The notes beneath the pieces were generated by a model. The model searched no databases. It had not been told where the DNA came from and saw only the letters and a program-made list of their open reading frames with translations. 64,000 nt of DNA, from positions 2,093 to 66,092 of the forward strand of contig JAAVFD010000031.1 in assembly GCA_014800945.1 (NCBI GenBank), written 5' to 3'. The stretch comes from Barnesiella sp. (GTDB lineage Bacteria; Bacteroidota; Bacteroidia; Bacteroidales; Muribaculaceae). Below are positions 32,508 to 42,572 of the stretch, one piece after another. Every line of letters starts with the position of its first letter. Within the stretch, counting starts at the first letter, position 1. The position numbers and the translations under genes are program-made.

Positions 32508-33362
32508 TCAGTCATTTGAAGCCGGACGAGAGGTGGCATTAAACATATTTACTGTCATAGCGTTGAGCATCTGCTCATACACCTTGTTGAGTTGCTGCAT
32601 ATTCTTAGTGAGTTTCTGTGCCTCTTCGCGGTATGCCTGGGAGCACTCTGCGGTTTGCTGGTACATATCCTTCATCTGGCTCATACCGGAGTTTACACTC
32701 TGAATTGCATCAAGCTGTGATGAAACACTTCTGAGCTGAATTTCATAGATTGTGTTCAATCCCTGAATATTTCTGTTAAGTGCCTGCATCTGTTCTACAT
32801 ATCCGGCTGCACCTTCGGCAGCTGCTTTCGGATCGGTGGATATAGATGAATAGCTGTTGAGTAGGGCTTCTCCCGCAGCATTAAGTTTAGCAGCAGTTTC
32901 TCCAAGACGTTCCAGTTCCTGAGCAACCTCAGGAGTCACCGGGCTGCCACCGCTCACAATTACAGGTGAGGAAACACCTCCTGACACTATCGCGCTTTTG
33001 CCCTGATGATTGGAGCCGTTATTGCTTGATGGCAAAACAGGTGATGAAGCAACGGTAGTATCTGCCGCAATGCTCTCGCCATTTTCCTGAACTGATGCAC
33101 CACCTGACAGCAGAGGAATGATATCCTCTATGGAGGTTTCTCGTGGAGGACGGTCAAATGCAGTCAGAATAAACATCATAACCTCAGTGCCCATTCCTAA
33201 AGACAGGAGAATGTCACCGCCTCTCAGGTGAAGAATTTTGAAAAGCGCACCGAGAATCACAATTGCAGCACCGATACTATATGCTATATTAAAGAAACGC
33301 TGTCCGTTTTCTCCTGAAAGAAAACGCTCTACAACATTTTTGTATCTTTTAATCTTATCCAT
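32508..33362 (-). CDS. porL: T9SS motor protein PorL/GldL
   Basis: YSIGAAIVILGALFKILH...GMGTE, and C-terminal LNKVYEQMLNAM. Confidence 0.93.
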   Translation of the reverse strand: MDKIKRYKNVVERFLSGENGQRFFNIAYSIGAAIVILGALFKILHLRGGDILLSLGMGTEVMMFILTAFDRPPRETSIEDIIPLLSGGASVQENGESIAADTTVASSPVLPSSNNGSNHQGKSAIVSGGVSSPVIVSGGSPVTPEVAQELERLGETAAKLNAAGEALLNSYSSISTDPKAAAEGAAGYVEQMQALNRNIQGLNTIYEIQLRSVSSQLDAIQSVNSGMSQMKDMYQQTAECSQAYREEAQKLTKNMQQLNKVYEQMLNAMTVNMFNATSRPASND

Positions 33363-33365
33363 AGC

Positions 33366-34811
33366 TTATTTCTTTTTCTTCTGACCTTTGGCAAAACCGA
33401 TATTTGTACGCACACAACGGAATCCGATGTATGAACGCTGTTCATTCTGATACTCCCACATTCTTATATCCGAGCGAATATTGTGAGCTACATCTTTCCA
33501 GGAGCCGCCTCTTACTATTTTACGTTTCAAGCGGTAAGGATCTTCCTGAGCAGCATCATAGCGATACTCGGGGTTGAGGTCACTCATAAGTTTGCTCACA
33601 CTCTCAGTGTAAGCGGTTGATGTCCACTCGCTCACATTACCCGCCATGTCGTAGAGTCCGAAGTCATTCGGTGCAAAAGTACCTACACGAGATGTTATCA
33701 CATGTCCATCCTGAACATAGTTGCCTTCCTGAGGCTTGAAGTTTGCGTAAAAACACCCTTTGTCGTCAGTGAGAGGCAAATCACCTTCCCACGGATATTT
33801 ATTTTCACTGACTCCGGCTCTTGCGGCATACTCCCATTCAGCCTCAGTTGGCAGTCTGTACGGCTCCACATAAATGCCCTCTCTGCCAAGCGAGCGACGC
33901 AGAAAAGATGTGCGCCATGCAGCAAAAGCGTTAGCCTGTTCCCAGCTCACACCTACAACGGGATAATCGCTGTAGCCTCCGTGTGAAAAATACATTCTTA
34001 CATAAGGCTCATTGTATGCGTTGTCAAAATCGTTAATCCACGCGGTGGTATCCGGATAAACATTCACAATATAAGTATTCACAAAATCATAATCCCCGGT
34101 AAGCCCGCGTGAAATAGTACGGCGAATAATTTCACCATCCTCATCTACCCAAGCCGTATCTTTGGTAATAACCGGAGTTTCAGTAGGCACAGGTAAATCG
34201 GTGTTATACTGTCTGCGTTTCGGGTCAAGTCGGTTTTTACGTCTGGCAGCCTCAGTATGATTATAAATCTCATACCTGTAGTTTAGCTGAGTGGGATCAA
34301 GTTCCAAAGTTCCTGTTATAGGATTTGTGCGATAAAGACTCATTATAGCGCGCTGCTCATCTTCATCGGCATTTTTCCAAGGAATAGGTTTTTTCCAGTT
34401 CAGATAAGGAGTCACAGGATTTCCGTCTCTGTCTTCCTCAATCTTAAATTCCTCATTTCCACCGTAGGCTGGGTCTGCAAGACGCTCACGGATAATTGAA
34501 TCACGAACCCAATACACAAACTGCTTGTATTCGGCATTAGTAACCTCGGTTTCGTCCATCCAGAACGCATCCACGCTCACACCTCTGGAATCAGCACGTG
34601 TACCCCATACAGAGTCTGCGGTCTGAGGACCGGCTTTGATAGAACCACGATCCACAAGTACCATGCCGTATGGAGCCGGTTCCGCCCATGAGGGAGCTCC
34701 AACACCGGTGAGCTCACCACCTGTGGAATTATGTGTTCCTGCAGCGCAACCGGTCATCAGAATCACGGTTGCAACAGCTGTAATATTTTGTGTTAATTTC
34801 ATCATAGACAT
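33366..34811 (-). CDS. porK: T9SS lipoprotein PorK/GldK (FGE-sulfatase fold)
   Basis: Lipobox, GELTG, MDETEVTN, YPVVGVSWEQA, RLPTEAEWEYAAR, DMAGNVSEW, IGFRCV. Confidence 0.92.
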   Translation of the reverse strand: MSMMKLTQNITAVATVILMTGCAAGTHNSTGGELTGVGAPSWAEPAPYGMVLVDRGSIKAGPQTADSVWGTRADSRGVSVDAFWMDETEVTNAEYKQFVYWVRDSIIRERLADPAYGGNEEFKIEEDRDGNPVTPYLNWKKPIPWKNADEDEQRAIMSLYRTNPITGTLELDPTQLNYRYEIYNHTEAARRKNRLDPKRRQYNTDLPVPTETPVITKDTAWVDEDGEIIRRTISRGLTGDYDFVNTYIVNVYPDTTAWINDFDNAYNEPYVRMYFSHGGYSDYPVVGVSWEQANAFAAWRTSFLRRSLGREGIYVEPYRLPTEAEWEYAARAGVSENKYPWEGDLPLTDDKGCFYANFKPQEGNYVQDGHVITSRVGTFAPNDFGLYDMAGNVSEWTSTAYTESVSKLMSDLNPEYRYDAAQEDPYRLKRKIVRGGSWKDVAHNIRSDIRMWEYQNEQRSYIGFRCVRTNIGFAKGQKKKK

Positions 34812-35800
34812 TACATTATGCGTATGCTTTTTTGCTTAAATCTATTTTTTGCCGATAAATCCAGCTTTACGCTGTAACCGGCGAATATTTCATGGCTCCC
34901 ATTGCTTGCTGATGCGAGTGCTCCGGTTGGATAGTCGTAGCTGTAACCAAGGAAAAAACCTTTGAACTCTACTCCAAGCAAAGCGCTCACTGCATCATCG
35001 TGGCGATATCCAACTCCGGCACTGATAAATTTTTTATATCTCACCCGGGCTGTGGCAATCGCACGTGTGAATGTGAAATCGCTCATCACCATTGCAGATG
35101 GAATCACTTCAAATAACGTGTTTTTTATTGCAATATTGCACTCAGCGGTAAAATAAAGTGATCGGGCAGGTCCGAATTCAAAGTTTTCGGTGGAATTGTC
35201 AGTACTCGATTGCCCGTTGCCGGAACTGAAAGAAACCTTGGGGGCATTGATGTGAGTCATTGATAACCCGATGCTTAAGCTTTTTCTCGTGTACCATATT
35301 CCGGCTCCGAGGTCAAATGCTGTACCGCTCACATCAGTGCGTGGAATAGCAGCATCAGTATCATCATGAAAATCGTCATCATCGGGTATGAAAACCTCAG
35401 AACCCTTGAAAGCATCACTAATAATGCCGGGTTGAATTCCTAATGAAATAGTGCCGCCTAATAATTTTATTTTATAGCTTAGTTGCACTGATGCGCTGAG
35501 ATTGCGGAATAAGCCCATGCTTTCCTGGTTTATTGCAACTCCGGCTCCAAATCTGCGCTTACCCAACTTGAAAGGTGAGTCTGCCAGAGCAAGAAATGTT
35601 TTCGGAGCATTGTCTATGCCAATCCACTGAAGTCTTGACCCTCCGTGAATCTTAACGAGATCAGAAAGTCCGGTAGCGGCAGGATTATAAAATGCCGGCA
35701 CCTCAAAGTAGTGGGTAAGCAATGCGTCATTCTGAGCCACACCTTTATTATATATGAGGGTGGAGAGCAGTGTCAATATCAGATATATCCGTTTTGCCAT
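34811..35800 (-). CDS. porP: T9SS outer-membrane protein PorP/SprF family
   Basis: FYNPAATG, RLQWIGIDNAPKT, GYSYDY, GSHEI; directly upstream of porK. Confidence 0.9.
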   Translation of the reverse strand: MAKRIYLILTLLSTLIYNKGVAQNDALLTHYFEVPAFYNPAATGLSDLVKIHGGSRLQWIGIDNAPKTFLALADSPFKLGKRRFGAGVAINQESMGLFRNLSASVQLSYKIKLLGGTISLGIQPGIISDAFKGSEVFIPDDDDFHDDTDAAIPRTDVSGTAFDLGAGIWYTRKSLSIGLSMTHINAPKVSFSSGNGQSSTDNSTENFEFGPARSLYFTAECNIAIKNTLFEVIPSAMVMSDFTFTRAIATARVRYKKFISAGVGYRHDDAVSALLGVEFKGFFLGYSYDYPTGALASASNGSHEIFAGYSVKLDLSAKNRFKQKSIRIM

Positions 35801-35802
35801 TA

Positions 35803-36525
35803 CTACTCGAAATAAAAACTGAGGACAATCATTTTAGATGTGGCTCTTTTCAGCGATTGGGTGATTTTGAATCGGTCCGGCTCTTCTGTAAGGTCGGGTC
35901 TTTTGTGAGTGAGCACATCTGTTAGCCCGAAGCAAAATTTGATTTCCGGATTCAGTTTGAAAAACGGAAGATAAAAATCACAGCCAAATCCTGCGGTGAG
36001 ATAAAAATCAAAAGCGTTGAGCTTTAGATAGTCAGTACGCTTTTTTGCTACATCTATTCCCGGCATGATTCCTGCGGTGAGGTAAGGGCGAGAATTGCGG
36101 TAACGCACTGCCGAGTACTTGATATCTACCGGCACAACAACAATAGCGCTTTTGATATTCTGCCTATACATTTCCCCGCTCTCTGCCTCTCGCATCTTTA
36201 TATCGCGGCTTCCAAAAAACAATCCCGGGGTAAGTCTGACGTTGAAATAGTCATTGAGGCGAAAATCCACGAGACCACCCACATTGAATCCGGGTGAATA
36301 GCCGGGCTGATCAACAAACCAGTTTTCGCCATTATCGGTTGTAAATCCGCTGTGTCTGAACCGAAGATCCTGAGCATTTGCGCCTACATAAAAGCCTAAA
36401 TGCCATGCTCTTCCATCGCTATATGGACGATTGAGCGGACCTGACGAAAAGTCTCTTGCGTTGCACAATGCTATAGAGCAACAAGCAATTACCGACAGTA
36501 TGATAGTTTTGATGTTCATCATCAT
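35803..36525 (-). CDS. porT: T9SS outer-membrane beta-barrel PorT/SprT
   Basis: RPYSD..WHLGF, PGFNVG, NSRPYL, GFGCDFYLPFFKLNPEIKFCFGL, C-terminal FYFE. Confidence 0.85.
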   Translation of the reverse strand: MMMNIKTIILSVIACCSIALCNARDFSSGPLNRPYSDGRAWHLGFYVGANAQDLRFRHSGFTTDNGENWFVDQPGYSPGFNVGGLVDFRLNDYFNVRLTPGLFFGSRDIKMREAESGEMYRQNIKSAIVVVPVDIKYSAVRYRNSRPYLTAGIMPGIDVAKKRTDYLKLNAFDFYLTAGFGCDFYLPFFKLNPEIKFCFGLTDVLTHKRPDLTEEPDRFKITQSLKRATSKMIVLSFYFE

Positions 36526-36738
36526 AAAAACGGTGGCACCTTTATTTTATTGCATAAGTGAGTAATTAACACGACTTACTTTCTGAAAAATGAATGAATG
36601 TTAATTTATCTTGTGGAGAATGAAACGTTTGTTAACAATTCTCACAATATCTCCAATAAGATGTTATTTAATAAATATATTAGCCCTAACTTTGCGGCAA
36701 TAACCAAAAATGGGTTCTATCCCCACTAAACAGATATT

Positions 36739-38538
36739 ATGCCTAATATATTAACTGATTTAATTGAGCATCAGGCGTTAAGATACGGTGACAGAACTGC
36801 CTTGTCATATCCGACAAATGGCGAATGGTTGCCAATTTCCTGGCAGGATTTTAACATCGAAGTACAGTCGGCATCCAGAGCTCTTGCCGCATTAGGAGTG
36901 AAGGAGCAAGAAAATATTGCAACATTTTCTGGAAACCGTCCACAGATGTTGGTGACAGATTTCGCCGCTTTCAGTAACAGAGCTGTGCCGATAAGCATAT
37001 ATTCCACCAGCACACCTGAGCAGGTTAAGTACATTGTAGAGGATGCATCTATAAGAACAATTTTTGTAGGTGATCAAAAGCAATATGCAGTAGCGCGTAA
37101 AGTACAGACGATGACCTCCATGCTGAAAAATATAATTATTTTCGGAGATGTGATAAAGGATTCGTCTGATGTTTCATCTATTCATTACAATGAATTTATT
37201 GAAACAGGCAAGACTTCAATTGATGAGTTCTCCAAGATTGTTGAGCAACGCCGAAGCAGAGCCACAGCTGACGATATCGCAGCAATAATCTATACTTCTG
37301 GCACAACGGGAGAACCGAAGGGAGCAGTGCTACCTCATTCATGCTTCAATGCGGCGTTGAGAATACACAAAGAGCGGCTGAACACATTGAGCGATTCGGA
37401 TTCCTCTATGAGTTTCCTTCCGCTCAGCCACATTTTTGAGCGTGCATGGACATATTTCTGCCTGTACCTCGGTATTCAGGTTTTTGTGAATTACGATCCT
37501 CATGTAATTCAGGCATCTGTCCGTCAGACCAAGCCCACATGTATGTGCTCTGTACCCCGCTTCTGGGAAAAAGTATATGCGGTGGTAGAGGATAAAATGG
37601 GTAAAATGAATCCTCTGCGAAAGCTTATCATAAATACAGCCCTTAAGGTGGGAAAGAAGCGGAATCTGCATTATAAACGGCTTGGTAAAAAAGCACCCTT
37701 TTACTTAGAAATAGCCTATAGTTTTTTTGATAAGATTGCTTTTACTCCGTTAAAGCGGGTTATAGGTATTGACAGAGGACGTTTTTTCCCGACTGCAGGC
37801 GCTCCATTGTCACCCAAAATTGTTGAATTTCTGCATAGCTGCGGAATTAATATAATTATAGGGTACGGATTGTCTGAAACAACAGCAACCGTAACCTGTT
37901 ATCCTAATGTCGGTTGGGAACTTGGCACCGTTGGCACTGTGTTGCCTCGCATTCAGGTTAAAATAGGAGACAATAACGAAATTCTGGTTAAAGGTCCTTC
38001 GGTGATGCGCGGTTATTATAATAAGCCGGAAGCCACAGCGGAAGCATTTACCGAGGATGGCTATTTTCGTACCGGTGACGCCGGATATATCAATAAGTCA
38101 GGCGCGCTTGTGCTAACCGAGCGCATTAAGGATTTGTTCAAAACAAGCAATGGTAAGTATATAGCCCCTCAGGCTCTTGAAAGCCGCCTCGGCGAGGATC
38201 TTCTCATAGAGCAAGTAGCCCTCATAGGTGACGGACGCAAATTTGTGAGTGCTCTCATTGTGCCTTCCTATGACGCATTGAAAGAGTATGCTGAGGCTAA
38301 CAATATTGCTTATGACTCAATAGAGAATCTGGTGTTGGATTCCCGGATAAATGACATGATGATGGAGCGTATTGAAAAATTGCAGAGTGATCTTGCCGGA
38401 TTTGAACGAATCAAAAAAATCACCCTGTTGCCCCAGCCATTCAGCATGGAAAACGGCGAAGTGACAAATACCCTGAAGGTTAAGCGTCCAGTTGTAACCG
38501 CCCATTATGCCGACGCGATAGACAAAATGTACACCTGA
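36739..38538 (+). CDS. Long-chain fatty acid--CoA ligase
   Basis: YTSGTTGEPKG, GYGLSET, FRTGDAG, RIKDLFKTSNGKYIAP. A -7 box TAACTTTG lies at 36687-36694. Confidence 0.92.
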   Translation: MPNILTDLIEHQALRYGDRTALSYPTNGEWLPISWQDFNIEVQSASRALAALGVKEQENIATFSGNRPQMLVTDFAAFSNRAVPISIYSTSTPEQVKYIVEDASIRTIFVGDQKQYAVARKVQTMTSMLKNIIIFGDVIKDSSDVSSIHYNEFIETGKTSIDEFSKIVEQRRSRATADDIAAIIYTSGTTGEPKGAVLPHSCFNAALRIHKERLNTLSDSDSSMSFLPLSHIFERAWTYFCLYLGIQVFVNYDPHVIQASVRQTKPTCMCSVPRFWEKVYAVVEDKMGKMNPLRKLIINTALKVGKKRNLHYKRLGKKAPFYLEIAYSFFDKIAFTPLKRVIGIDRGRFFPTAGAPLSPKIVEFLHSCGINIIIGYGLSETTATVTCYPNVGWELGTVGTVLPRIQVKIGDNNEILVKGPSVMRGYYNKPEATAEAFTEDGYFRTGDAGYINKSGALVLTERIKDLFKTSNGKYIAPQALESRLGEDLLIEQVALIGDGRKFVSALIVPSYDALKEYAEANNIAYDSIENLVLDSRINDMMMERIEKLQSDLAGFERIKKITLLPQPFSMENGEVTNTLKVKRPVVTAHYADAIDKMYT

Positions 38539-38577
38539 CCCGAATTGCTTCTTCAGTTTTTTTGAAAAATTATATTC

Positions 38578-38644
38578 AGATACTTCTGTAAAAAGTATCT
38601 AACTGATTACCCTATGAAAAGTATGAAATTTTTTCTTAACTTTG
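38578..38644 (+). promoter_or_regulatory. Palindromic operator candidate and promoter of the type II R-M operon
   Basis: AGATACTT-N7-AAGTATCT inverted repeat (38578-38600) upstream of -7 box TAACTTTG (38637-38644). Confidence 0.5.
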
Positions 38645-38779
38645 TAATCAGTGGAGTTTTGTATCGCTTAACTCAAACAAAAACTGCAATGTATAAAGAT
38701 TATCAAAAAGATACATTCTGGTATTAAGAGGTGTTAGCAACAGCTTTTCTGCCAGGAAGTTTTAGGCTGAATAATAGTA

Positions 38780-39526
38780 ATGGAAAAATATAATCTTGGT
38801 TTTATTTCCGATATAGATATTTACAATCATGTCAAAGAGACTGTTGAATCATATCGACGTGAAATTACTCTTGATCAATTCAATGAAAATGTCATAGACC
38901 CGATAAAACTGACTTTCGATTCCAAGGTTTATGGAAAAACAATTCAACAGGCAATTGAAGATGAATGTTTCCGACAAATTGATAAGTCAAATACAAATAG
39001 AATAGGATATTTTCATCAGTATCTTTTTCGCTATGCCGGTAATGGGTGGGTAGTACCCGCATCCGGTTTTGATGTTCAGAACGATGAGTTGCATATTTAT
39101 GTTGAGATGAAGAATAAACATAATACTATGAATTCAGCGTCCTCTCAAAAAACATATATGAAAATGCAGGGTAAGTTGCTTGATGACGATGAAGCAACTT
39201 GTTATCTTGTTGAAGTAATTTCCAAACGCTCTCGTGATGAAGCATGGCGAATATCATTAGATGGGAAGTCCCGGGAGCATAAGAAGATCCGCAGAATGTC
39301 CATGGATAGATTTTATGCTATGGTATTCGGCATAGATGATGCATTCTTCAGGCTATGTTCGGTTCTGCCACGTATTATTGAAGATGTGGTAAAAGATAAT
39401 CCCGGTCTTGCTCTTAGAAACACTGTTTATGAAGAGTTGACAAAAGAGCATGCGGACATATTAACGAGCCTGTATCTTCTTGCTTTTGAAACTTATGAGG
39501 GTTTTAATAAACTCAATGGGAAATGA
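38780..39526 (+). CDS. Eco47II-family type II restriction endonuclease
   Basis: IDPIKLTFD, RQIDKSNTNRIGYFHQ, GFDV...YVEMKNKHNTMNS; adjacent to an m5C methyltransferase. Confidence 0.85.
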   Translation: MEKYNLGFISDIDIYNHVKETVESYRREITLDQFNENVIDPIKLTFDSKVYGKTIQQAIEDECFRQIDKSNTNRIGYFHQYLFRYAGNGWVVPASGFDVQNDELHIYVEMKNKHNTMNSASSQKTYMKMQGKLLDDDEATCYLVEVISKRSRDEAWRISLDGKSREHKKIRRMSMDRFYAMVFGIDDAFFRLCSVLPRIIEDVVKDNPGLALRNTVYEELTKEHADILTSLYLLAFETYEGFNKLNGK

Positions 39527-40866
39527 TTCCGGATACACACATATCTATAAATAATTTCGCAGACATTGTAGGCGTTTCGCGCGCTACTGTAGAAAAATGG
39601 ATTTCTAAAGGTAAATGCGTTATTCATACCGGTGCAGATAATACAAAGTACTTAATTGCATCAGAACTTGCATCATTTGCTGAAATTTCAGCAATGTTGG
39701 ATAATGATTGGGATGCGGAAAGCGGTGTGGAGCCAAAGAGGGTATTTACCTCCATAGAACTATTTGCCGGTGGTGGAGGGCTTGCTTTAGGAATTCATAA
39801 AGCCGGTTTTAAGCATGTGCTTCTTAATGAACTGGATAAGGATGCGTGTGCCACGCTAAAAAAGAATATGCCGGATTGGAATGTTGTTCAAGATGATATT
39901 CATGAAGTTGATTTTACTCCATACAAGGGTAAGGTTGATTTATTGACAGGTGGATTTCCTTGTCAGGCGTTTTCTTATGCAGGAAAACGTCTCGGATTTG
40001 AAGAGACCAGGGGAACTCTTTTCTTTGAATTGGCAAGGGCAGTTAAAGAAATTCAACCCAAAGTTTTCATGGCTGAGAATGTTAAGGGGTTGTTAGAGCA
40101 TGATAAAGGGCGGACTATAGAAACTATTAAATCAGTTATAGCTGAACTCGGCTACACTTTAATAGAGCCTCGGGTACTTCGTGCTATATTATATAATGTA
40201 CCTCAAAAAAGAGAGCGACTGATATTGATAGCTGTAAGGAATGACATTGCTCCTCTTGTGAGTTTCAAGTGGCCTTCTGTATGTGGAGAAATGCGCACGC
40301 TGAGAGATGCTTTTTATAAAGGTTATCTATACGATACTGATGTGCCGGATAGTGAAGGTCAACGATATCCGGAAGCAAAGGCTGAAGTTATGAGACTTGT
40401 GCCGGAGGGAGGTGATTGGAGGGATCTACCCGATGAAGTTGCGAGAAATTATATGAAAAGTAGTTTTGATTTAGGCGGTGGTAAGACAGGTATGGCTCGC
40501 CGTTTGTCTATGGATGAAGCCTCACTTACATTAACCTGTGCCCCGGCACAAAAACAGACGGAAAGATGCCATCCATTGGAAACCAGACCATTAACGGTGC
40601 GTGAGTATGCTCGAATACAAACGTTTCCAGACAATTGGGACTTTTGTGGTTCGCTTTCATCAAAATACAAGCAGATTGGAAATGCTGTCCCGGTAAATTT
40701 AGCATGGGCTATCGGTAGGGCACTTATGCGATTGTTTAATCAAATAGAAGAAGTATATCCTGAAATTAAAGCCTGGGAATTTGCTGAGCCATATAAACCG
40801 GTTAGTAAAATGCATGGAATTTTCGAAGGTATGGTTTGTGAGCCAGGATGCGAAGATATCGGATAA
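39523..40866 (+). CDS. DNA (cytosine-5)-methyltransferase with N-terminal HTH (M.Eco47II/M.Sau96I-like)
   Basis: ELFAGGGG (motif I), GGFPCQ (IV), ENV (VI), QKRER (VIII), ARIQTFPD and QIGNAVP (IX/X). N-terminal INNFADIVGVSRATVEKW is HTH-like. ATGA overlap with the REase. Confidence 0.95.
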   Translation: MIPDTHISINNFADIVGVSRATVEKWISKGKCVIHTGADNTKYLIASELASFAEISAMLDNDWDAESGVEPKRVFTSIELFAGGGGLALGIHKAGFKHVLLNELDKDACATLKKNMPDWNVVQDDIHEVDFTPYKGKVDLLTGGFPCQAFSYAGKRLGFEETRGTLFFELARAVKEIQPKVFMAENVKGLLEHDKGRTIETIKSVIAELGYTLIEPRVLRAILYNVPQKRERLILIAVRNDIAPLVSFKWPSVCGEMRTLRDAFYKGYLYDTDVPDSEGQRYPEAKAEVMRLVPEGGDWRDLPDEVARNYMKSSFDLGGGKTGMARRLSMDEASLTLTCAPAQKQTERCHPLETRPLTVREYARIQTFPDNWDFCGSLSSKYKQIGNAVPVNLAWAIGRALMRLFNQIEEVYPEIKAWEFAEPYKPVSKMHGIFEGMVCEPGCEDIG

Positions 40867-41033
40867 TCAATAGCTGTAGAGGGTGAACTTTATATCCTCA
40901 AAGGGATGCGTGTTATTAGGAGCTGCCCTGGGGCGGAAATCTTCAGCCTGACGTATGCTTTTGCGAGTGGGTGTGCATAGTGGTGAATTTGTGTGGGGTG
41001 CATATCAATATTTTTTGTAATTTTGACGGCACT

Positions 41034-42572
41034 ATGAGGAGATTGATAACAGCGATTTTGCTCTTGCAGATATTTGTGCGGGTATCAGCGTCAGAAGCGT
41101 CAGATACCTTTGCAATATGGGGTGCGGAGGCACTTGCCGGTGTGTCAAGCGGAAATTTCGCTCCTCATTATATCTCCGCCAACCGCTGCGGCATTATCAG
41201 CAGCGGAAATAATGTGTCGATTTCTCCAAGTATAATACGCCCGCTAAATCATGGCAGCCGTTTCAGTTACGCTTTCGGAGCCCAGATTTACGGTGGGTAT
41301 AACTCAAGCGTTGAGTATAGTCGGTATGATGCTGATGCGGGTAAGTTTGTAAACCATTCCATGCATCCTTCACGGTTGTGGATTCAGCAACTTTACGCCA
41401 CGGCAAAGTGGCGTTGCCTGTTCATTACAGCCGGTATGAAAGAGTATGAGCCGGTGCTGGTGGACAGAAATCTCAGCTCCGGAGACTTGATTCACAGTGG
41501 AAATTCACGACCGATACCGCAGGTGCGTGCGGGATTTGTTGATTTTCAGCCGGTTCCCTTCACCTCGGAAATCCTTAAGGTTGATGGGGAATTAGCTTAT
41601 GGAAAATTCGCTGATGCCAAGTGGTGGGAGAATCATAGCGACAGGTATAATTCGTTTTCCACTTCGGGAATATGGTACGTGTATCGCAGGTTATATTTAA
41701 GGCTCGATACCTCCCGGTTGTTTTCCCTCACATTAGGCGGAAAGGCTGCCAGTCAGTTCGGTGGCAAAACCGTGTATTTGAAAAGGGGGGAGGTTGACCG
41801 TGTAGATAACCGGGGAATACATTTTGAAGACTTCTTTAAGATGATTATTCCGGTTGACAGGACAAAGGAGGGCTTTTATCAAGGAAATACTCTCGGCTCA
41901 TGGGATATAAAGGCTGAGTTCCGTCTTGACAACGGGGTTAAGTTAAGTGCCTATGTAGAGAATCCATGGGAGGACGGTAGCGGAATGGCTAAGCAAAACG
42001 GTTTTGACGGATTGTATGGTGTGGAGCTCAAAATGCCTGGAGAAAAACCGGTGATAGAGGGAGCGGTAGTGGAGTATCTTGACCTTACCAATCAGAGCGG
42101 ACCGATACATTTCAATCCGGATGATTATTCAGGAACAGCAATGACTTCTGAAGCAACAGGTGCCGATGATTATTATAACAACAAATACTATAATTCTTAC
42201 GCCAATTACGGAATGATTGCCGGCACTCCTATGGTGATGTCACCGATTTATAATCTTGACGGTTACAATAATGTTATTGGAAACCGTTTGCGGGGAGTTC
42301 ACGCTGCAGCTCGCGGCTGGATTCCCTGTAATATTCAGTGGGAATTAAAGTTTGGTTGGCGCAAGGCATACGGCAACGGGTTTTATGCTCTCGTTCCGCC
42401 ACGCCATTCATATTCCGCGCTTGCATCAGTCAAATGGGTGGAGCCTCGGTCAAGCCGGTTAAGCGTAAAAGGGTCTTTCGGGTTAGATAGAGGTAATCTG
42501 CCCGGAAATACATTTGGTGCTGAAATATCGGTAGCCTATTCAGGTGTGATTTTTACAAAGAGCAGAAAATGA
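41034..42572 (+). CDS. Capsule assembly Wzi-family outer-membrane protein
   Basis: Signal peptide, LSSGDLIHSGNSRPIPQ, GNTLGSWD, WEDGSGM..NGFDGLYG, GADDYYNN. ATG 41034 lies 8 nt after TAATTTTG. Confidence 0.78.
   Translation: MRRLITAILLLQIFVRVSASEASDTFAIWGAEALAGVSSGNFAPHYISANRCGIISSGNNVSISPSIIRPLNHGSRFSYAFGAQIYGGYNSSVEYSRYDADAGKFVNHSMHPSRLWIQQLYATAKWRCLFITAGMKEYEPVLVDRNLSSGDLIHSGNSRPIPQVRAGFVDFQPVPFTSEILKVDGELAYGKFADAKWWENHSDRYNSFSTSGIWYVYRRLYLRLDTSRLFSLTLGGKAASQFGGKTVYLKRGEVDRVDNRGIHFEDFFKMIIPVDRTKEGFYQGNTLGSWDIKAEFRLDNGVKLSAYVENPWEDGSGMAKQNGFDGLYGVELKMPGEKPVIEGAVVEYLDLTNQSGPIHFNPDDYSGTAMTSEATGADDYYNNKYYNSYANYGMIAGTPMVMSPIYNLDGYNNVIGNRLRGVHAAARGWIPCNIQWELKFGWRKAYGNGFYALVPPRHSYSALASVKWVEPRSSRLSVKGSFGLDRGNLPGNTFGAEISVAYSGVIFTKSRK

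Noticed and set aside
38626-41025. Direct repeats flanking the Eco47II-like R-M pair
   Set aside because: The similarity is limited to T-runs plus the generic TAnnTTTG promoter motif; too weak to call att sites.
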